A stretch of DNA of 64,000 nt from Adineta vaga (taxonomy: Eukaryota; Animalia; Rotifera), in the NCBI GenBank assembly GCA_021613535.1, contig CP075494.1, positions 2,666,001-2,730,000 on the forward strand, given 5' to 3'. The number at the start of each line of letters is the position of its first letter. The stretch's first letter is position 1. The notes under the pieces were generated by a model. It had not been told where the DNA came from and searched no databases. It worked only from the letters and a program-made list of their open reading frames with translations. The position numbers and the translations under genes are program-made. This document shows positions 51,166 to 61,100 of the stretch, one piece after another.

Positions 51166-51675
51166 GGCGTACTGTTATAATTCTTTCAATTTATTTGCAA
51201 GTTATTGAAGAGTGATACTTAATCAAAAAATATGAAAGCAGAAAATGTTGAGTTCTCGTTTATTTATTTGCGCATTTATAATGATTTGCAAAATATGTCA
51301 TTTTTTACGGAAACAACAAATATAGAAAGTCATCCTTTCTCATGATTTTCCTCTAGTTTAACTAAAATCAAGCCATTTGAAAAAGTCACCAGAACGGGAA
51401 ATATATTTACTTCCCACATTAAACATTATAAAGTTGAAAAATCTTTTCAGGATAATAGAAATCATATTTTTCTCTGAACGGAAGTGTTTGACGTCATTTT
51501 AAGCGAATTAAATTAATTTTTTCTAACCATTTTTATGATTTTTCAGTAGTATCAAACTTGAAATTTGAATTCAATTGAAAATTCTCGCTTTAATTTTCGA
51601 GGGCACTTTATGTCCCCAACGCCGCGACATGTTTACGGTAACACCTGCTAAATATTCTCTATAAAGTATTCGAAT

Positions 51676-51699
51676 CCACACATTCACCCTCACTCTCAA
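51676..51699 (-). repeat. Degenerate single arm of palindrome
   Basis: ccacacattcaccctcactctcaa. Confidence 0.5.
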
Positions 51700-51895
51700 T
51701 CTGTTAATACTTCTACGTATCCTAGGCACACGCTCAGTCAGCTACTATTTCTCAGCGCTTACACTCACATCCTCTAAGAAAGAAGAGAGAGAGAGAGAGA
51801 GAAATATTTTTTCGCTGCGTTAGATAAAGTATAAATAACTGTTATATCAAAAACAAAACTTATATTCATATGAGTACGTTCTTATTTACCATTAA

Positions 51896-52825
51896 TTACA
51901 ATACTATTCTTCTTATGAAATAAATTAATTCATTACGAAATTCAGTGAATGTAATGATATAAATTGGAAAAGTTAAAACGGGAAATGTGAATTGAAATAA
52001 ATTAAATATAACAATTAAATAACGACCCAATTCAGTGGCAGAAAAATCATCATAAAAGAAGGCATAAACAATCGAACATGGTGTTCGTGTTATTATAAAT
52101 GAAAAACCCGTGATTAGAAGAGTTATTGTAATTGGTCGATGACGAATTTTTGAATTTGTTATGGTTGTTGTACGTCGTAATTGATTTAGATGATAAATCG
52201 ATGTAAAATTTAATAAAAATATCAATGATGATGGCATAAGATTATAAATACACAAATTTATAATTGCATATGTAGGAAATAGAGCATATAGTTTAGAGTA
52301 AGCAAGAAAATATCCACCCTCAGTTTGATAACAAACAAAGAGTAAGATATGAAAATTGAAAAGAAAAAAGAATCCAATCGTACAACCAATAATAATCAAT
52401 ATACTTTTTGATCGATTGAACCAAGTATTTGGTTGTATTCGACTCATAAATAAATATCGATCGAAACAAACAAAAACATGTAACCATGCAGAAGTTTGAA
52501 GCGTGAAATAATTGAAAAAGAAAAAAAATTTACATGATGCAAGTGTATAGGAATAATTTAATGTAAATCTATAAATAATATTAAGATAATTGTCTAAAGT
52601 CCATCCATATAATCCAAGAAAATCAATCATTGCTATTGCACGCATATAATGGACCACTGGGCGTGCTTGATTATTTCGAAATTTTTCTTGATATAAGATA
52701 ATAAATATCAAGAGATTAAATATTGTACCAACGATAACCATTAATAAACTGTAATAACCCATAAATTTGGATTGATTTGGATCGGAATATATACTGGTAA
52801 TATTTGAATTGCTTGTATTTGTCAT
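51896..52825 (-). CDS. Class A GPCR, intronless
   Basis: VGTIFN, SCK, CFDRY, FPIYIITFTEFR; N-terminal N-glycosylation sites. Confidence 0.88.
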   Translation of the reverse strand: MTNTSNSNITSIYSDPNQSKFMGYYSLLMVIVGTIFNLLIFIILYQEKFRNNQARPVVHYMRAIAMIDFLGLYGWTLDNYLNIIYRFTLNYSYTLASCKFFFFFNYFTLQTSAWLHVFVCFDRYLFMSRIQPNTWFNRSKSILIIIGCTIGFFFLFNFHILLFVCYQTEGGYFLAYSKLYALFPTYAIINLCIYNLMPSSLIFLLNFTSIYHLNQLRRTTTITNSKIRHRPITITLLITGFSFIITRTPCSIVYAFFYDDFSATELGRYLIVIFNLFQFTFPVLTFPIYIITFTEFRNELIYFIRRIVL

Positions 52826-53157
52826 TCTATTTCTGTATTAAAATCTGAATAGGACAGCTTTTTCAAACTTTTACTGGCAATGAAATGAACAAAAGAGAGA
52901 AGATTTCTCTAATCATGTTTAATTATAAACATCAAAAATAACTTTTGCGAACAATTTTTTATCGGCATCTTTAGTAGAATACCGCTTTGATATCAGTCAT
53001 GAATTTCAGAATTATTAAAGTTAAATGAAAACTGTCTTTATGAATATACAGCACGTGTCGAAATTACTATTTTTTTTTATATCAGACATTGTACTCACGA
53101 TAAATAGAGATAATTATTTATCTTGCTCAGACATCAAAGTTATTTTATGACAAGTAT

Positions 53158-53211
53158 TTGAGGATGTGGGTGTGGGTGTGATTGGTGTTTACTGTATCTT
53201 CATCCACAGCC
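53158..53211. repeat. Telomere-repeat palindrome (right arm decayed)
   Basis: ttgaggatgtgggtgtgggtgtga-ttggtgtttactgtatctt-catccacagcc. Confidence 0.75.
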
Positions 53212-53428
53212 TTTCTATTTCGGATAAGTCGCTTTATCTTATCTCCGATGGTATATTCGTCGATATTATTACTGTTACAAATCACGATTGAACATCTATA
53301 CATTACATAGGCATCCACTTTCCTCAGCCACGTTTTCAAGCAACGAATACAAATGAATTAAAATAATTAATAAACAAAACAACAGTAAGCATAAGTATAT
53401 TCTAATTGTCAAGTTAAAATCTATTCAA

Positions 53429-56400
53429 TCAATAAACATCTTCATGAGATGTTTGAACCGATGGATCAACAGTTCTTCTTCTTCTTCTTATAGAAAATAA
53501 ACGTAATAAAATATGAATAATAAATGGAGTAATTAATTTTAATAAAATATTTAATCCACCATATAAACTTAAAATAGTTGTTATAATATAAAATATATTA
53601 AAATTTTCTAAATAAGAATAAGTACATAATGTCGAAGAACATTGTTGAAAATACTTTTCATAAGAACGATAAATATACCATTGATCAACAAATAATCTTT
53701 CAACCATATGTTCAACTTTTTCTTCAATTCCATATTGATTATTTGATGAAAGTTTTTGAAATTTCATGTTATCAATATTCTTTTGAAAATATAAAAATAT
53801 TAATTCTAAACATGTTTGATTATATAAACATTCAAGTGTTGATTGTAATATTGATTCAACAGGATAACAACCAATACTTAATCCAATTAAAATTGAATTA
53901 TTAAATGTAATTAATTCAAAACATTTTGATGATATTCCACAATTACATGAATTATTATATTTAATTGGATTTGTATAAATTGGAAATGATGCTTTTCTTT
54001 CTAAAATAGTAAATTTCCAATTTGTTTGATATATTGATAAATAAGAATTTCCATGAAGAATTTCTCGAATCATATTTAATGTTCGTATAAATGTTTGTGA
54101 AATTGATTTTTGAAATATATTTATAATTGAATCCATTTGTTTTTGAAATGTATCATTCGAAATTAATTGATCATTAATAAATTTAGTTGAATAAAAATGT
54201 ATTAAATTTGAATTAATTGTATCTTGTGATAGTTGACATAATGAACCAAGAAATTGAAATTGAGATGATGCTGTTGAATGAAAAGTTCTTTCATTTAGTT
54301 TTTCTTCATCATATAAATAATCAAACCATTGTTGAGTTATGAAATTTGATGAACAAATTTCATGATAAAATGGTTTAATTTCAATAAATTCTTGGTATTT
54401 TATTGAAATTTTATTACATCGACATATTAAAGTATTTCGATATTTGTTTTCTAAATTTTCATATTGTTTTAAATTTAATAAGAAAATATTTTTCGTTATA
54501 AGTTTATTATTTATCGATGTATATAAAACTAAAATACATAAATTCATCAGAAGAATAAATAAATATAATCGTGTTGTTAAAATTTGTCTTCGAATTTTTA
54601 TTAAATTAGTTGAATGATTTTGAAATAAATTTAAATTAATCAATTTTCTTTTAATTATTATTAAAATATTTGTTTGTTGTTGATTTTGTCTTTTTCGTCG
54701 AATAAATTTAATAATATTTGGAATTAAAACTCGAAGAAGAATTACTAATCCTCCATATATTCCAATTAATTTTGTAAATATATAAATAACATTGGATTTG
54801 ATTTCAATTGTATATGAACATAAATTTGGTTGACATTGTTTATAATAATTGTCATACGAATAATATTCATTCCAATTTTCAATAAAAAGATTTTGAATAA
54901 GAATTTGAAATTTTTCATTTCTTTTATATTGACTTGAAATTGAAATATTTAATATATTTAATTGTTGATATAATTTTGTTGAATTGATAATATAAGATTT
55001 AATTATATTTAAACAATTTTCATCAAAAAAACATTCAATTGTTGATAATAATAATGAATCAACCATATAACAACCAATATAAATTCCTTTTATATAATTC
55101 CAAGTATTGGAATCACAAAATGCAACATTTTCATAACATGTTGCATTTGTTCCACAAGTACAATTATTATGTTTAACTATTTGTGAATAAATTTCAGGTG
55201 TATTTTCAATAAATTTAACATAAAAAATAACATTTGTTCGTCGTACAGTTGCCATTTGATTATTAAATATAATACTTTGTAATAAATTCCATTGTTCTTT
55301 AAATGAATATTGTGTTCGTGTTTTAAATAAATCAATAAATGACATAATTTCATTACTAAATTGTTGTTCATACATAACTTCTGATGTAACATATTCTAAT
55401 GCATAAAATTGTCTTAAACTATCAATTATTGTATTATTGGCTGATTGACAAAACGTTGATAGAAGCGAAAAATAATACGATGCTAAATTAGCAAATGATG
55501 GAAAAACACAAGGATTAGAAATTTGCCAGATTTCATAACCATTATACCATAGATCAGTAATAAATATACTTGAACATATTTGATGATATGTTGGATTTAA
55601 ATTAATAAATTTTGAATATTGAATAGAAATTTGACTACATGGACAGTGAAGATCATTGATTAATTGATCTGTTAATTGTTCAAATTGTATTTGTGTTGGA
55701 TTATAAATAAATAGTGTTTTTGAATGTTTTTCTGATGATATATAAATACAAGATATAATCAAACAAATTATAACAATAAGAAAATAAAGTTTTGTTGATA
55801 TTCGACCATTTCTTTGTTCATGTTCATCCAATGTATGTTTATTATAGATATTTATTTCTATAATTAATTTGATTAGAGAACGAAATAACATATACAAACG
55901 AGTCTTTTTTGATACTAGAACAATAAAATAGAATATGAATATAAAAATGAACAGAACGATTTGTAATCACAGACGTAACATTAAAAAAGATGTCCTGTTT
56001 TTTTGTAAACGCTGTACCAATTACTAACCTTTTATATATATGTGCAAATGAATAAATATAATACAATACTGACCTTTCGGAATATTAATCTCATCATTTG
56101 TTGATTGTCGTTTCTTGCGAATAAATTTAACAATATTTGGAATAATAAATTGAAGAACAATTCGAAGTCCTCCATATAAACTAATAATAGTAGCAAAAAT
56201 TTGAATAAAACTTTGTTTTTGTTCAATTTTATATTGACAAAATAATGGTTGACAATAATCAAAATATTTTTCATATGATTTCTCAATTATCCATTGTTTT
56301 ACAAATAAATTATTTGCTAATGTTTCAATCGTTATATTTCGTATGGATTCCGATTGATTTAAAATAGAAAATGAATCTATTGATATTGAAGTATAATTTA

Positions 56401-57397
56401 TATAAAAACCAATTTGATTTAAACATTTTTGTTCAAATAAACATTCACTTGTTGAACGAAGTAATGATTCAATAGGTCGACAACCTACAACAAAACCTGG
56501 TATTAAATAAGTTGCATTTATTGCTTCAGTATTTGGATTTCTAACAGGATAATCTGGCCAATCAGAACCTGGATAATCATATCTATTAATATTACCATAA
56601 ATACCTTGAGGATTTTGACATGCTGTTACTTGATCACAATAACAATCAAAAATTTTTCCTTCAATTGAATTTTCATAATAATAAATTCCAGCAAGAAAAA
56701 TCCGTGAAAGATTTCGTGGATGAAATGCATAAACAAAACATGTTTCTATACCCGATAATAAACCATTCACAATTGTTGTTTGTCGAATTAATTTTAATAA
56801 ATTTTGAAATGATGAAATTGTTCGTATTTTAAATAATTCAATAAATGTATTGATTTCACTATGAAACAAATTCATTGAAATAAGTTCATTTGTAATTAAT
56901 TCTAATGAATAAAATTCATTTAAATTATCATTTATTGTTTGTGCAGATTGTTGACATAATGTACGAAGAAGTTGAAATCTTGATGATGCATCATGACGAA
57001 AATCAAGTTGAAAATGATAACTTAAATTTTGAGAAAATAAATAATTAATCCATTTTTCACTAATAAAATCAGATAAACATATTTCATTATATTGTGGAAT
57101 AATATTTAAAAAATGTTTATAAGAAATTGATATTTGTTCACATTTACATTGTAAATTATTGAAAGATTTTATTTGTTCATATTGATTTTTAGTTGGAAAT
57201 GAAATTGTTATAATATTTGTTTGAGATTGTAATAATGTATATAATGTTATTAAAGATAATATTAGAATTAAGATAATTATATACCATCTTGTAGATAGAA
57301 TCTCATTTCTTTTTGAATGTTCATCATCTATTTCAGTTTCAAATAAATTTATTTCAGATAAAACTCGATAAATGATATTACATCGATCCCTTAGCAT
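53429..57397 (-). CDS. ~1270-aa membrane protein of three tandem TM/Cys-rich ectodomain/TM modules, 2 exons
   Basis: Intron ~55916-56072 joins the two ORFs; each module has (S/T)T(R/K)xY-TM1, CxCxxISIxYxxF, GC..ESxLxSTxEC, YxxYxxxCxxxxCxY and TM2 ending YGGL. Confidence 0.85.
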
Positions 57398-57654
57398 TTT
57401 TTGAATGTGCTTTTTGTAGAAATATATTTACTAAGTAAATTCTTTTTCAAATGATAGTGCATTTCTTTACTGTGAAAAAGAAAGCAAAAGAAATCAGCGA
57501 ACTGTTCATGTGTTTCCGAATTGTTTTTCTCATCATAAGAAAGAAAAAGTTTTGTTTCTTGTCATGACTTCATGATGTTGAACTACGAATGCAGAGGTGG
57601 ATTTTAGTCTATATTTAATATTATCATGATGTCATCAGCCACCTAAAAAAACTA

Positions 57655-57702
57655 TTGAAAGTGTGGGTCAAGGCATCTCCTCTTCATCCACACCCACCCT
57701 TG
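57655..57702. repeat. Telomere-repeat palindrome, spacer in reverse orientation
   Basis: ttgaaagtgtgggt-caaggc-atctcctcttc-atccacacccacccttg; atctcctcttc is the reverse complement of gaagaggagat. Confidence 0.8.
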
Positions 57703-58015
57703 TTTAATTGAATTTTTGCATCGATGAGTTCTCTAGCATTGTTTTTCTTTTTGTATTTGAAAAGTTCTCAGTAGCAAAAAGTAAACTTTAAAGGAATCGT
57801 TTAAAATATCGCTCATTTCTGACAGTAGAGAAAAAAATTCACCATCTACAGTTGTCTTTGAAAGAAAAACAAACATTACATTTATTTCTTACCGGAAATC
57901 GATATGTCACCTGACGTTCCTGCTTGCGAGAAAGAAAGTGAATTTCTCCTGTGAACTTATTAGCTAAAAGTGATGAAAATATCTGGCAACTATGAGATGA
58001 TCTGATTCAGATTTC

Positions 58016-58075
58016 CATCGGAGGTGGATGTGAGTGAGGGTCGCTTGTATTCACACTCACACCCACACCCTCAAG
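58016..58075. repeat. Telomere-repeat palindrome
   Basis: ggaggtggatgtgagtgagg..tcgcttgtat-tcacactcacacccacaccctcaag. Confidence 0.85.
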
Positions 58076-58113
58076 GAAGGATATTTATTGTTTTCATAGG
58101 AAAAAAGCTAATT

Positions 58114-61100
58114 TTATTGTCGAAATTGAACAAGATAGCGAAGTGCGATTTGTGATTCATCAAAGACAATATATTCATTGTACTGACATCGATGATAACC
58201 ATGATCAGGATCAGTACATTCAATCAATTGACCCAATGGTATTTGAACACCTAGAATGTTTCAGATTTTAGAAGAAAGTTTTTTGAAAATAACAAACCAT
58301 CATTTCGAGTGAGAGTATATCGTGGATCTGGTATAATACGACCAAGAGCTTTTCGACTTTGATGTACTTTGAAATTCAATGGTTCATTTAAGTCTCTACA
58401 TTCATTATTGAGTCCTTGTGAAGTTCCCAATGCCACTTCACAAAGAAGCATAAAATAACGATTATCACCATTTTCACTAATACCTGAACAATAGTGAAGA
58501 CTTTTAGCAAAGACGTCAGCTGTGTAAATTCCCTATGAACAAACCTTGGACTACAAAAACAAAATTTCAAATTGTATCTCGTACCTTTCCAAATAAACTT
58601 CCAGTAGCTGTGGCACATGACGGTGCGACTAAAAGACCTAGAGAAAAAAAAACTTTTTTCGTCATCTATAGTCAAGTGAAATTCATACCTCGTGTAAGTA
58701 TACTAATTAAATTACAAATATTTGTTCCATGCCATAATAAATAATGATTAGACAGGTTTCGTTGAAACGAGACTTGATCATCATTAGGTCGAGCTATTTT
58801 AAATATTTGTTCGACTTCAATTTGTTTTGCACTTGTCCAAATATAACGTAAGATCATTTGTGAATCGATATCATCTCGATTCATCGCTTCGAATTGACAA
58901 TTAATTGATTTATATAAATAATCTAATGGTGAAATTTGATTTAAATTCGCTTGAACAGCTAGAAGAATTTTATACGATAGTTCTAATTCGAGAATATCAT
59001 CGAGTTTTTGTTCGTGTACTTTCAGCGCTGCTTCATCATCAATCATTGGTAATTTCTCATCGCCATAACCTTCTAATGGAATTATTGTGTAATATTCATT
59101 TGTAAGTTTACAAATTGAATCAAGAACTTGTTTAAATTGATTTTTTTCTTCAATTGCGATGGGTTTTGGAGTTTCGTCAGTAGTATCAGCTGGGGTTTCT
59201 TTTTGTTGAATTATTAATTTGAGTTTATCTTTTTCTTGAATGTCTATTTTAAGTTGTCTTAAAATATCACGTGCTTTTTCAAGGATTTCTGGTCGAAGTT
59301 GAGAGACAGGCATCCATTCAACATCTAATTGAGATTTAGATAGATTAACTCGAATTGTTTGAGGATTAAGAAATGTTTTAAATAATGTTTTGTAACTCGT
59401 TGATTGTAATTTCGATGGTAGATGTTGATTATTATCTTGTAAACGTTGAAAATCAATTGGAACATTGGTATATTTATGTACTTGACGTTGATTTAATTGT
59501 ATTAATGTGTATTTTTTTGGTTTGGTTTGAAATTGATCTGTATTTGCCCATAAATTTCCTGTTTTTTCTCGAAAGATTTTACAAAATTCATCTCGACATT
59601 CATCGATTGTTGAATAAGGTGTTAATTGATATTGTCCTTCTCCATCACCAATTCTTCCCCAACGTGTAAATAAAAGAAAAAGATTTGTTTTACCTTTATG
59701 TTTAATTATTTGCATTCGATAGAAATTATATAAACCGATAAGACCATAATCAACATCGGTAATTGTCAAACGAACATCGTATGGTTCATTTTTCTCAGTA
59801 TCGATCATTATTTCTCCTGTTTGACTCATATTGGATAGAGGATCAACTTGATAAACTGTATGAACAGTTTTCGATGAATGAATTGAAATATATTCATCGA
59901 TAAATTGTTGAGCATCGAAATAATAATCCGGTAGACCGAGAAGTTGTTTATTTGGATCATTAACAGAAAAAAGTGTCGTACGAACTTCAGTTGGTTCATT
60001 GGTTAATTTCTGAGATAGATGTTGATAACCATTGTTGACACTGTATTGTAATGGTGTTAAACCAAATTGATCCTGTTTTGTTATTGATGTACCTGATTTC
60101 TGAAGTAATTCAAGTAATTCGATATTATTTGAATAAGTATGATGAGGAAAGGGTTGAACGAGATAATAAATACACGTACGACCGTGTGCATCACAAGCAT
60201 CAAGATCAATTCCAGATGTCACTGAAAATGTTTCAGGTTCGTCTGTAGTTTCAATGGTATCAGGAACGTCATCATCGATCTCATCAATATTTGTTGAAAC
60301 TGTCGTTACACCGAGAAAGAATCCTCTGGGCTTCGGTTGTTTTCGAATTTTTTGTACGATCGTTTTCGGACGAATATTCTTATTCTCTAGTGAATATTCG
60401 GGATTTAGAAGTAATTTAACCATATCGATATTATTCTAGAAAAGAAGACGAAGAAGAAGCTATCATATTTTAAAATTGTTGAAATTTACCTGACAAACAG
60501 CGTGCATCAATGGTGTTAATTTTTCTTCATCTGTATAATTGACATCAACACCAAGTTCAAGTAGAAATTTGACTAAATCAAAATGATTATGAACAACAGC
60601 ATTGATCAATGGTGATGTTCGAATACGAGAATCAGATTTATCAGGTGGATATGGAATGACATTGGAATTAATTTGTCCGAATGATAAAGGATTTCGAGTG
60701 ATCGAATTATCATAATTACATAGACAATCAATCGATCGACCAGATATGATTAATTTTCGAAGAAATTCGTTATCAAACGAAGTTTTTGTTGTTGTAGACC
60801 AGAATAATAAACTATAAGCTGTGTTACCAAATGCATCAGTTTGATTAAAATCTAATTTGTTATGTAAGAAATTGATAAAAGAAATATTGTGTATAACACA
60901 AGCATAATGTAATGGATACGATCCATAATTATCTTCGGTATTCCAATCTGCAAGATTATTACAAAGGTGCGTTAAAATTTTGTCGAATAATCTTTGATCA
61001 TATTGTTGAAGATTGGCAAACATATGAAATAAAGTTCTTCCATGAGAATTTTTCTCATTGAGAATAGTTCGATTCTTGATTGTTGATAAAAGACGAAGAA

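Noticed and set aside
3459-58075. Palindromic repeats with spacers as a CRISPR-like array
   Set aside because: Copies are dispersed kilobases apart, the spacer lies inside the hairpin, no cas genes are present and the DNA is eukaryotic.
1903-60439. Short antisense or alternate-frame ORFs overlapping real genes (e.g. 1903, 2747, 15201, 20583, 38503, 53629, 58905, 60254)
   Set aside because: Shadow ORFs with no domain signal.
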